The notes under the pieces were generated by a model that did no database searches, was not told the DNA's origin, and saw nothing but the letters and a program-made list of their open reading frames with translations. A DNA stretch of 64,000 nt from a virus (lineage: Duplodnaviria > Heunggongvirae > Uroviricota > Caudoviricetes), in the IMG/VR virus record IMGVR_UViG_3300015615_000629, positions 192,001-256,000 of that record; one strand, given 5' to 3'. The translations under genes and the position numbers were made by a program. Positions 27,182 through 35,894 of this stretch are shown here, one piece after another (the first letter of the stretch is position 1; each line of letters opens with the position of its first letter).

Positions 27182-27692
27182 CACGACTAACAACAAACAA
27201 TTCTTCAAAATCGGCAAGAGTGGGCGATCTGCTACCGTTGTCCGCAGAAACAGACATTCCTAGAAACGTAGCAGTTTCTTCCAAATCTCTAGGAACCGGC
27301 CCTTTTCCAACTACCCAACAAGGACAATAAAAATCAAATTTCCTTACGACTCTAACCCCTGGTTTGGTAGGAGTGAGATCCGGTCTGACATCTCCTAATT
27401 TTAACTTATCCCCCTTCATGATCACTCTAGTTTTAGGATAAGCCTGATATTGAAAAATAAAGACACATTCGCCAGACTCAACAACAGTCCTAATACTGTT
27501 CCCTGGAATGATTATATCTCTTTTTAAAACCAGGAAATCGCCTTTGGTTAAGAAATGCTTGGCAATTGGAGAGTCTGATTGTTCTTCTTTCCCAAAGTCA
27601 AACAAGGTGAAATTATTGTCTTTTTCTGTTGTCCAGAATAAAAAGCCGAACAACATGATAACAAATAGGATAAGAAGCAGTTTCTTTTTCAT
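27162..27692 (-). CDS. membrane-anchored hypothetical protein
   Basis: MKKK + hydrophobic helix. Confidence 0.65.
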   Translation of the reverse strand: MKKKLLLILFVIMLFGFLFWTTEKDNNFTLFDFGKEEQSDSPIAKHFLTKGDFLVLKRDIIIPGNSIRTVVESGECVFIFQYQAYPKTRVIMKGDKLKLGDVRPDLTPTKPGVRVVRKFDFYCPCWVVGKGPVPRDLEETATFLGMSVSADNGSRSPTLADFEELFVVSRVIERFR

Positions 27693-28687
27693 TTTAACCT
27701 CTCTCCTTTATTTAATACTCTGCCCACTAAAGCAGATGGAAAATTATATCTGTTTTTGGAGAAATCTAAGAGATAATCTAGATAATGGTTTAAGTTATCT
27801 TCTGCAGATAAGCCCGAGTTCTTCTGTCGCTCCTTCATGAAATCAATAAAATACTTCTCAATAATGTTGGTTAAAGGGACTCTGAAACGTTGTATTTGTT
27901 CAAAGTTTTTTAGATTTTTAATGTGAAGATGATAAGGAGAAAAACCTAATAACTTATCCCAAGGGCCTTCATATTTTTTGGGTTTAGATCGAACATCTAC
28001 AGCAACAGCGGTAGCTGAAGTGTCTTTAACAACAAATCTATCCCCAGGATGAGGCAAATCACCAACAATATAGCCATCCATAGTTAGTTCATAGATATTA
28101 TGCGGGTCAAATACAACTACTTGATCTCCATCAAGTAATGTTCTTAAACCTTTGCCTTTAAACCAAACAGCATCATATTTGGATTTAAGAACATTGGTCA
28201 TGTTGAACGTTGCTTCAAGTCTTTTTTGTTGGTAACTTGTATCTCTAGGACTAGATGGCTGCATATTGTAGCCATTTTGAATCCACCAACGCATCATGGT
28301 ATTCGGAGAACCAAAATTGATAGTTTCTAGTCTCGGAACATGTAAATAATATTGTTTTAGACCCTTAGTAGTTCCTAAGTTATATGTCTTTGCTATGTTT
28401 TTAACAGTTGTAAAATAGACGCCATACCCTAAATGATGAATTGGAGCTGGTAAACCAGCAGAATACTCCATGTCTCCTTCATAGCCATGTGTGGTTTGTC
28501 CTTGGCGAGCATGTCCCACTTCGTAACGAAATCCTGTATCTGCGATATTTTGATGATTTTCCTGGCTGGTTCCGTGGTAAACTGGCCCGAATAGACCTAA
28601 CTTCTTAACATCATCGGGTGTTACCTTTGGCACCCGCATGAAATCAAAAAATCTTTGTCTATCTTCTAGCCAGACCCTAAAATCCAT
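27689..28687 (-). CDS. ADP-ribosyltransferase (ART-PolyVal-like) domain protein with CTS-like leader
   Basis: MDFRVWLE; VYHGT, LGYGVYFT, YDAV, QVVVFDP.NI. Confidence 0.75.
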   Translation of the reverse strand: MDFRVWLEDRQRFFDFMRVPKVTPDDVKKLGLFGPVYHGTSQENHQNIADTGFRYEVGHARQGQTTHGYEGDMEYSAGLPAPIHHLGYGVYFTTVKNIAKTYNLGTTKGLKQYYLHVPRLETINFGSPNTMMRWWIQNGYNMQPSSPRDTSYQQKRLEATFNMTNVLKSKYDAVWFKGKGLRTLLDGDQVVVFDPHNIYELTMDGYIVGDLPHPGDRFVVKDTSATAVAVDVRSKPKKYEGPWDKLLGFSPYHLHIKNLKNFEQIQRFRVPLTNIIEKYFIDFMKERQKNSGLSAEDNLNHYLDYLLDFSKNRYNFPSALVGRVLNKGERLK

Positions 28688-28694
28688 TCAATAT

Positions 28695-29243
28695 CTAATC
28701 CCAAACATCACCATTCTGTTCAATTTTTTCATCTTCATAAACAGAAGTCTTTCTTCGATAAGTCTCATCAATAACATCGGTTAAAACCGCTTTAGCCATT
28801 AGATAATACCGATTATACCCATAATAAGGCTTCAAAGAGGCAATTATCTCCTGCAAACAGCCCTTTAAGAACACCCTTACTCCATAACGGGCGGACGAGC
28901 GATTTGGAGCATCGCCTAAAATTCCCCAAGTTAACCTGGAAAATACATAGTTTAACTCTCCGGACTGTTGAATCATATTTCGGCTTAAAGTAATCTCTGC
29001 TGCCAAGCATTCAGCAACAGTAATGATTTCTTCCTTGCGTTTGGATTCAAAGTAATTGCAATTAAACATATTTTCGTTGCCAACAATGTCATAAATTCCA
29101 ATGAATTTACCCAATATCTGGCTAATTGCGTAGCCAGTATGTTCACAAATCACTATGTCATCTGCATCTGTTGGAATAATTTCCAACAGTTTGTCAACAA
29201 GAACATCAAACTTAGGTCTGTCTTCTTTTTTAATATATGGCAT
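28695..29243 (-). CDS. DUF6899-like phage protein
   Basis: MPYIK..DR, GELNY, YRR...YEDEKI..NGDV. Confidence 0.65.
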   Translation of the reverse strand: MPYIKKEDRPKFDVLVDKLLEIIPTDADDIVICEHTGYAISQILGKFIGIYDIVGNENMFNCNYFESKRKEEIITVAECLAAEITLSRNMIQQSGELNYVFSRLTWGILGDAPNRSSARYGVRVFLKGCLQEIIASLKPYYGYNRYYLMAKAVLTDVIDETYRRKTSVYEDEKIEQNGDVWD

Positions 29244-29244
29244 T

Positions 29245-30159
29245 TTATCTCCTTAGAATCTCGTAATCACACGATATCTTATGTGCTGCTGGAGGCTGAT
29301 TCCAATGAAACAACAAATGTCCAGCAGCAACATTTTCTGTTATTTTTACCACGCGAGTTGTTGGCGATCCGATATCTTTAATTTCTGCTCCACAAAAGTG
29401 TTGAATCAACTCATCTCCACGATAAATGGCTCCAGTAGCGGTGCCAGGAACATAATGGAAATTAAGAGAATATTCCGTACAATCGCACCAACCTTGGAAA
29501 GACCTCAATTTATCAGAAACTAAATTAGTTCCGTAAAAATTCGCTTCTTGCTCAACGGTAAAAATTCTATCCTGTTCTATAAACCTATCAAGTTTCCTAT
29601 ACAAATCTTCCAAAGTCCCGTCGTTTCTTATGAAATAATCCACATATTTAACGGCAGGATGTGGTGGTTCAATAGCTTTCTCAAGAACCTCATCTACAGA
29701 GCCTTCAACACCTGTATTTAAAAACCATTCAACAAGTGGCCTTAACTCCGCTTCTGAAGGGTTAGGATCGTAATTTAAATATCCATCCCTGCTCAACAAG
29801 ACAACTTTTCCACCCAAATCACTGATTTTCTTCATTTCATTGAAATAACGGCAATCTGGAATAAATCTAGGGTCGGTGCCTCTAAGTGCCAAATCTATCC
29901 AAATAGATGATTTAATCTTCCTGAATTCGTCGCCAATTAACTGAAGAGACTGCCGAACTGGCAGTTCTAACCCAGGAGGGGCTTCTTTTTTAGGTTTCCA
30001 TTCTTCGATAAATTCAAGGTCTTTCTCAAAAGTATCACAAAATATCTTTTTCAGGGCTGTGGCGAATGATACTTTTTTCCAACCAAGTTTACTTTGTAAA
30101 TAATCAGCAGATGAGTCTTTACCAACTCGCATTTGGGCAGCAAAACCAATAATTTCCAT
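29245..30159 (-). CDS. deoxynucleoside monophosphate kinase with extra C-terminal domain
   Basis: IIGFAAQMRVGKD, SFATALK, RQSLQLIG, DCRYFNE, IRNDGTLEDL. Confidence 0.8.
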   Translation of the reverse strand: MEIIGFAAQMRVGKDSSADYLQSKLGWKKVSFATALKKIFCDTFEKDLEFIEEWKPKKEAPPGLELPVRQSLQLIGDEFRKIKSSIWIDLALRGTDPRFIPDCRYFNEMKKISDLGGKVVLLSRDGYLNYDPNPSEAELRPLVEWFLNTGVEGSVDEVLEKAIEPPHPAVKYVDYFIRNDGTLEDLYRKLDRFIEQDRIFTVEQEANFYGTNLVSDKLRSFQGWCDCTEYSLNFHYVPGTATGAIYRGDELIQHFCGAEIKDIGSPTTRVVKITENVAAGHLLFHWNQPPAAHKISCDYEILRR

Positions 30160-30205
30160 ATTCGTCTCCTTTTGCCTACTATATTAAAGTGAAGGAATTA
30201 AAACA

Positions 30206-30517
30206 ATGGCAAAGAAAAAGAAAATAGAACCAATTTGTAAGAATTGTCTAGCTTACGATAAATATCGAGGACAATGTAAAGTTGTGATAATGCATGATGG
30301 AGAGCGTTTTAATCTTCCAATGGAACCTGAAGATAGGTGTTTTTTCTTAGAAGAAACTAGTTATACGAATGAATCTGGAGGGGAAGAGAAGTTCACGGTT
30401 GACGTAGAGCAAGTAGCTTTTTGGTGTGAAGATCCGACAACGGGGGAAAGGGCGGACAAAGGGATAGTTAAGATAGAATATCCGGAAGGATTCTTCGGAA
30501 AAGAAGTTAATGAGTAG
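30206..30517 (+). CDS. hypothetical Cys-containing protein
   Basis: SD AAGGA; CKNC...C...C. Confidence 0.65.
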   Translation: MAKKKKIEPICKNCLAYDKYRGQCKVVIMHDGERFNLPMEPEDRCFFLEETSYTNESGGEEKFTVDVEQVAFWCEDPTTGERADKGIVKIEYPEGFFGKEVNE

Positions 30518-31127
30518 GAAGTTAATTATAAGCCGAGAAACCATTCGACGTAAATTAATAACAAAAATAAACCGTCAAATGGGAAGACGATTAAGTTTTG
30601 GTCCGTCTGCGACTTCTGGTTGCGATTGTTGTAATTGTTGCGACAGTGATCCTTGTAGTTGTTGTTCGGGCAATACTCCAAGAACAATTACTGTGACAAT
30701 AACAGGCGTAACTGCAACAGATGGGTGTGCAGATTGTGCTAGTTTTAATACAACATATACATTATTTCAAACAGAACCAGACGACATAGATGAAGGCATT
30801 CCTTGCCGTAAAGGTTATAATGCATGTTTTTATGTTGGAGACACAGGCATAAGTACCGACTGTCCTGGGGGCTTAATCTTTGACTTCGAAGCAACAAGAA
30901 CATTCTTGGAAATAACATGTATCGGAGATGTTGTGACGGTTAATTTTTACATTTGTGGAGAATTACCGCAAATTACAAGTCCAGTAACTATACAATACAG
31001 CAATTCTACAACTACGCCATTTGATTGTTGCAGTCCTTTTTCAGGACTAACTACATCGTTCACCACAGGCAGCCTAATCGGATGCGATTTTGCACCAAGC
31101 TCGGCAACAGTAAATTTCTCCTGTTAA
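30510..31127 (+). CDS. Cys/Thr-rich protein, possibly virion-associated
   Basis: basic N-terminus, then CDCCNCCDSDPCSCC. Confidence 0.6.
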   Translation: MSRKLIISRETIRRKLITKINRQMGRRLSFGPSATSGCDCCNCCDSDPCSCCSGNTPRTITVTITGVTATDGCADCASFNTTYTLFQTEPDDIDEGIPCRKGYNACFYVGDTGISTDCPGGLIFDFEATRTFLEITCIGDVVTVNFYICGELPQITSPVTIQYSNSTTTPFDCCSPFSGLTTSFTTGSLIGCDFAPSSATVNFSC

Positions 31128-33157
31128 AACATTTCCATTAACTTCGCCGAATTAACTATTTCCTCCACCCTTTCAGGTTTCATATTCAAAGCCTTCAAAA
31201 CCCTGTCGTAATTGTTCGCCACATCCTTGGGTGTTCTTAATCCAGCTGCCCAAAGCCTTTCCGCCCTTACCTTGCCAATATTTTGAATCTCACACAGAGG
31301 AACCATCTCAGCCTTAACCCCATAAGTCATTCTCAATTGAACCTTCCTGAGAAATTCTTTTTTATTCCATTTCCCAGCCATAGAATCAATTACACCTAAA
31401 ACGGCATTTAATCTTGGAAAATCCGCTTGTAGGTTTCTCATCAAGGGAGCCAAAACGCTAGCATTAAGTCCATTTAAAGCCAGAAAATAGCAATATGCTG
31501 TTTTTGTAGCGGCATCTGAGACAGATGTACCGTATATTCTAGATATCTTTTCGGCAAAACTACCCATTGCTTCTCTATCCGCTCGACTCACAATTCCAAT
31601 TTTAAATGAATCAATGTTGGCCAAGGCAACGGAAAGGATAAGATCATTATCTTGTTGATTTGAATCAAACAAAGCGGCGAAATTGCGTTTTAGGTCTGCT
31701 ACATCGAAAGGACTGTAATAGAACATACTGGCGATTTTGCCGATAGTTGTCGCCTCATATTCGTCGTTTTCATTTAACCTAACTGCTCCGCACTTAACCA
31801 ATAAGTCAATCGTTGAATCGACGATTTCATCATCTAGGTCTTGGGCTTGAAAATGGGCGAAACTCTTTTTATACCATTGGTGTAGGTCATCTTTTGTGAG
31901 AATTTCTCCATGATGAATTTCACTAACAATATGAAAGGCCAGCACTTTGTAGTGGCGTTTATATTCGTTACCTACGTAATCCAATAACCTAGATTGGATT
32001 TTGGGCTGATTTTGGATGCGATTTACATGATATTCTGTTTCTTCATCGGGAACTAGAATATAAGCATCACCTCTAGGATCATATCCAGGGCGTCCAGAAC
32101 GTCCAATTTCTTGAAGAATATCGTAAGTTTCGACTTCGGCTAAGCCTCGATGAACGCCAACAATAATTACACGGCGGGCAGGGAGGTTACAGCCCCATGC
32201 CACGGTACTAGTAGCCACCAAAACATCTAATTCTCTTGTCCTGAAAGCGTTTTCAATACGATGCCTGTCTGTTTTGTCCAAATCCGCACTATGAAACTCT
32301 ACTTTCTTACCTAATGCTTTAATTCTATGTAAGATAATCTCACCAGTGCGTTTGGTGTGAACAAACACCAAAAATCTATCTTCGGGATATCTCTTAAGCA
32401 CTTCTAACGCAGTAAGAACCTTTTCCTCTTCGTTGTCATCGTAATTTCTTTGGTGTTCATAGGTTTCAAAATGAACACTTAAAGGACAGGGCCGCCAGTT
32501 GGACTGGAGAAGATACGTGTTTTTACCATTAAGAACATAACTCGCCCATTCGGCCATTTCATTAGAGTTTGGAATCGTGGCAGACAGCAAACAAAGCCTA
32601 CAAGTAGGATTCATTTTGCAGAATTTCATTAACGATATTTCAACATGATCGCCACGTGAAGGAGCACCACAAATATGGAATTCATCCTCTATTAAGACAC
32701 CCACATCTAGCAAAAATTTATTGTTTTCTGATTTGAAGTTACGGACTCTAGAACTTAACATTTCTGGAGTCATTACGATAATATCTGCTTCCTCCAATTC
32801 CTTCTTTCTGGTAGCAGTTAGTTGATAGTCGCCGGTGCAAATAGAGATTTTTAAATCGCCAAAGTGATGGTTTTCATCCGCCCAATCGTCCAATTTCTCC
32901 TTTGCCAGAGCCTTCATTGGAGCGATATAAATGGCTTTACGTTTGTTTTTACGAATTTCATGAGCCGCCAACATCTCGGCAATTACTGTTTTGCCAGTGG
33001 AAGTGCTCGCGGCGACAACAAGGTTGCAATCTTCGGAATAAACCTCAAAAGCCCTGCTTTGAACTTGATTAAAGTTCTCAAAGGGAAACTTCCCCAAAGG
33101 GAAATTCTTTGTAGGTACTAATTCTTTCTGGTCAGTTATTTTAATAATCGGTGGCAT
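31124..33157 (-). CDS. Ski2/Hel308-like SF2 helicase
   Basis: ASTSTGKT, DEFH, LSAT, VATSTVAWGCNLPA, QEIGRSGRPG, C-terminal HhH. Confidence 0.9.
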   Translation of the reverse strand: MPPIIKITDQKELVPTKNFPLGKFPFENFNQVQSRAFEVYSEDCNLVVAASTSTGKTVIAEMLAAHEIRKNKRKAIYIAPMKALAKEKLDDWADENHHFGDLKISICTGDYQLTATRKKELEEADIIVMTPEMLSSRVRNFKSENNKFLLDVGVLIEDEFHICGAPSRGDHVEISLMKFCKMNPTCRLCLLSATIPNSNEMAEWASYVLNGKNTYLLQSNWRPCPLSVHFETYEHQRNYDDNEEEKVLTALEVLKRYPEDRFLVFVHTKRTGEIILHRIKALGKKVEFHSADLDKTDRHRIENAFRTRELDVLVATSTVAWGCNLPARRVIIVGVHRGLAEVETYDILQEIGRSGRPGYDPRGDAYILVPDEETEYHVNRIQNQPKIQSRLLDYVGNEYKRHYKVLAFHIVSEIHHGEILTKDDLHQWYKKSFAHFQAQDLDDEIVDSTIDLLVKCGAVRLNENDEYEATTIGKIASMFYYSPFDVADLKRNFAALFDSNQQDNDLILSVALANIDSFKIGIVSRADREAMGSFAEKISRIYGTSVSDAATKTAYCYFLALNGLNASVLAPLMRNLQADFPRLNAVLGVIDSMAGKWNKKEFLRKVQLRMTYGVKAEMVPLCEIQNIGKVRAERLWAAGLRTPKDVANNYDRVLKALNMKPERVEEIVNSAKLMEMF

Positions 33158-33167
33158 TATATAGGTT

Positions 33168-33560
33168 ATGACTCCAAAACCAATCTATACTTTGGTTGCA
33201 CTTCTCTCAATAGCAATTCTTTATATTTACAACCAGAAACATAATAAACCGAATTTTTCACCTGTTTCAGCGGAAACGCAAGCTCCAAGACTCGTAATTA
33301 ACGACCAAGGAGAAATTACCAATGCGGGCGATTTACTTGAAGATATAGAATGGGACAAAGGCAAAAAATCCATTATTGTATTTAGTCCAGAGCCTTTCTT
33401 GGTAGTTTCACCCTATCCAAGAATGTATAAAGGCGAATGCCTCCTAGAAGCAACGCTCCTAAGAGGCACTGAGCCCGCGTACAAAGAAAGGGTTATCTAT
33501 AATATCAAACCAACCGAGGAATCGGAATGGCTATCAATTAGAGGCAGAGTAGAACGCTAA
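33168..33560 (+). CDS. membrane-anchored hypothetical protein
   Basis: N-terminal TM; TATATA 4 nt before ATG. Confidence 0.6.
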   Translation: MTPKPIYTLVALLSIAILYIYNQKHNKPNFSPVSAETQAPRLVINDQGEITNAGDLLEDIEWDKGKKSIIVFSPEPFLVVSPYPRMYKGECLLEATLLRGTEPAYKERVIYNIKPTEESEWLSIRGRVER

Positions 33561-33811
33561 ACTTCTACACCGAATCTGGCATCATGCTCTTTAAAGACAA
33601 AATTGCCGACATATTCGAGCATATCAAACCATTCATCTGGCGAAACGGCTGATTGCAGCCATTTGTCGATGTTTTTCTCGACAGCCAAGCGGTCGGAAAT
33701 TTCTGGGCGGTCTCCGCAAAGATTCTGTTTGTAACGAACGTAAAGATAGATCAAATCATCATCTGAAATACGGCGTACAAACTCTCTTAACATAGCATCG
33801 GACTTCTTCAT
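33557..33811 (-). CDS. hypothetical protein
   Basis: 84 aa. Confidence 0.6.
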   Translation of the reverse strand: MKKSDAMLREFVRRISDDDLIYLYVRYKQNLCGDRPEISDRLAVEKNIDKWLQSAVSPDEWFDMLEYVGNFVFKEHDARFGVEV

Positions 33812-34030
33812 ATGAATAACCTCATAAACAAAGAAAAACTTGAAAATTTACTTGTCGCACACTGGACAGAATTTATAAACATTCAAGAACTACTCAAATA
33901 TTTGGGACATCCCAATAAAAAGGTACAAAAACTCACCATTTCCCGTTTTGAGCGAACAAATACGGGATTTATAGTATGGCTTGAATTTCTTCTAGACGGA
34001 ATAGAAACTACCAGGGAGATATTGCTTTAA
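33812..34030 (+). CDS. hypothetical protein
   Basis: 72 aa, fills the gap exactly. Confidence 0.5.
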   Translation: MNNLINKEKLENLLVAHWTEFINIQELLKYLGHPNKKVQKLTISRFERTNTGFIVWLEFLLDGIETTREILL

Positions 34031-34329
34031 ACAATATCAAACACTTTAATTTCATGTCCTGAATTATCTAAAATACTATCTTCGAAAACTATTCTACTAT
34101 CTTGTTTCATGAACCGCAAGCCCAAATTATAGGAGTCAATAGACACCGTTCTATCATCTTGGGTGGCAATTACCCATGAGTAATTATCACACTTTTCAAG
34201 GTCTCCAGAACGTCCTTCTTTGGTAACTCCAACTTCAAGAATAATGCCATCCGGAAGCACCAATTCTATGTGACCTTCTTCTCTAAGGTGGGTAATGAGA
34301 AGGTGTTGGATCTTGTCCTTTTTGGTCAT
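34027..34329 (-). CDS. hypothetical protein
   Basis: SD AGGAGG; TAAATA at 34352-34357. Confidence 0.7.
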   Translation of the reverse strand: MTKKDKIQHLLITHLREEGHIELVLPDGIILEVGVTKEGRSGDLEKCDNYSWVIATQDDRTVSIDSYNLGLRFMKQDSRIVFEDSILDNSGHEIKVFDIV

Positions 34330-34360
34330 ATTAACCTCCTAAATATACAAATATTTAGTG

Positions 34361-34804
34361 TTAATACAATGTGACCTTATCAGGAGAAATGTAAGTATAT
34401 CTAAAACCTTCGTGGTTGCAGCGTTCCCCTGGAATGTTGTGCGGTCTAGGCTTGCCAGCCTTATCCAAGCAAATCGTCCAAATATAGATTTTTCTACCTT
34501 CTTTGAACACTTCAATCAGCGATAGTTCATGTCCGCCAAGAGCTTTTCTAGCAAGTTTTACAAGAAAATGGAATGGCAAAAAAGGTTGATTTAATCCATA
34601 CACCTGGAAGGTTTCGAGCATGTATTTTTCATATTCGGCTTTGCTATAGCGAATGCAAATATTGTATCCATCAACTGTAGTTTCGATGCTCTTAAGTGCT
34701 TCTACATCTTGCTCTTCCGTCGCCGAAGCCTTTGGGAAGTTATAAGAGATCAGATGCTCGCCCAAGGCTCTGAGTTCTTCTATGGTTTCATCGAAACTCT
34801 TCAT
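34361..34804 (-). CDS. hypothetical protein, weak CTS-like leader
   Basis: MKSFDETIEE; TAGATA 5 nt before ATG. Confidence 0.65.
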   Translation of the reverse strand: MKSFDETIEELRALGEHLISYNFPKASATEEQDVEALKSIETTVDGYNICIRYSKAEYEKYMLETFQVYGLNQPFLPFHFLVKLARKALGGHELSLIEVFKEGRKIYIWTICLDKAGKPRPHNIPGERCNHEGFRYTYISPDKVTLY

Positions 34805-34812
34805 ATGATTAT

Positions 34813-35637
34813 CTACTTATATGATTTGTAATTTTCCGACCAAATGCCGTCAAGTGCTTTATTGTCCTTAATTCTTTTCAAAAACCAGTTTTTCAAATCT
34901 TGTTCTAATGGTATTTTATTAAAAAAGTCACTTCTTTCCAGCCACAGAAGAGAACTCCACTTATCCCCAGACTTATACTTTTTAGGGGTTGGAAAGTCTT
35001 TTACTGTCTCTACAAAATTAAGGAGTAAAAGAGTCCAGTTTTTCACCAAAAGAGGATCGAGTTTCGATTCCGCTAGTCTAAATTCTATAGTACAGCGGCT
35101 ACCGTTTACCATATGGATAGTATTAATTGAGAAATACTTATTAACCCCCAATTTATGGATGAGTTTATCGGGGCGAATGTCCATATTATGGGAAAACCAA
35201 GGATGCAAGCCTATACAACGGCAATAACGGTTATGTTTTCTATATGGTGGTACAGAATCGAAGAAAATTGGCTCGAATTTAATCCAATAAGCAAGAATCT
35301 TGGCTATTTGTCTTTGAGGCATATCCCCGACATTGATATGGACATGCAAAGCACAGCGATTATCGGTTTGAATTCCTGCTTCTCTTAAAGAATCGACTAT
35401 TTTAGCAGTTTCATGAATTTCTCGATAGGAATTCATGACAGGTGAACAAATCTCGAAACCACAACTATTATCTGGCTTTATTATCCAAATATCATTATTG
35501 TGGGTTTGTTCATGTAATCTAACTTGGGCTGGATGTCCTAAGAGTTTAATGGTTTGGCAGGCATTCATTTGAGGCTTTATGTCTTTACCATTAGCCTCGA
35601 TTTCTATACCGAAACTCCTATTGTACAGATTTTGCAT
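34813..35637 (-). CDS. putative amidoligase (COOH-NH2 ligase type 2)
   Basis: SFGIEIE, D.SC.FEICSP, CALHVHI, TIEFR. Confidence 0.85.
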   Translation of the reverse strand: MQNLYNRSFGIEIEANGKDIKPQMNACQTIKLLGHPAQVRLHEQTHNNDIWIIKPDNSCGFEICSPVMNSYREIHETAKIVDSLREAGIQTDNRCALHVHINVGDMPQRQIAKILAYWIKFEPIFFDSVPPYRKHNRYCRCIGLHPWFSHNMDIRPDKLIHKLGVNKYFSINTIHMVNGSRCTIEFRLAESKLDPLLVKNWTLLLLNFVETVKDFPTPKKYKSGDKWSSLLWLERSDFFNKIPLEQDLKNWFLKRIKDNKALDGIWSENYKSYK

Positions 35638-35648
35638 TTTGGTACAAT

Positions 35649-35858
35649 TTGGAAATGATTAAAAACAATTGTGTATGCACTATGGTTCGCTTACCAAACG
35701 AACAAACCTTCTTTACATTCAGAAGGAACTACAGAAAGTTAATCGAATTCGCCAACTTATTCAATGCCGAATTGTCCATTGTTAAGGTAAAAGAAGCAGA
35801 AGTTCTTACTCTTCAAGAATTATCATCTGTGATAAGCGAAAACAAATTGTGTAGTTAA
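35649..35858 (+). CDS. possible small protein
   Basis: 69 aa ORF filling an otherwise empty gap. Confidence 0.35.
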   Translation: MEMIKNNCVCTMVRLPNEQTFFTFRRNYRKLIEFANLFNAELSIVKVKEAEVLTLQELSSVISENKLCS

Positions 35859-35894
35859 GTTCGAATTCACTTTTTGTAGCGTTATTCCAGTCCA

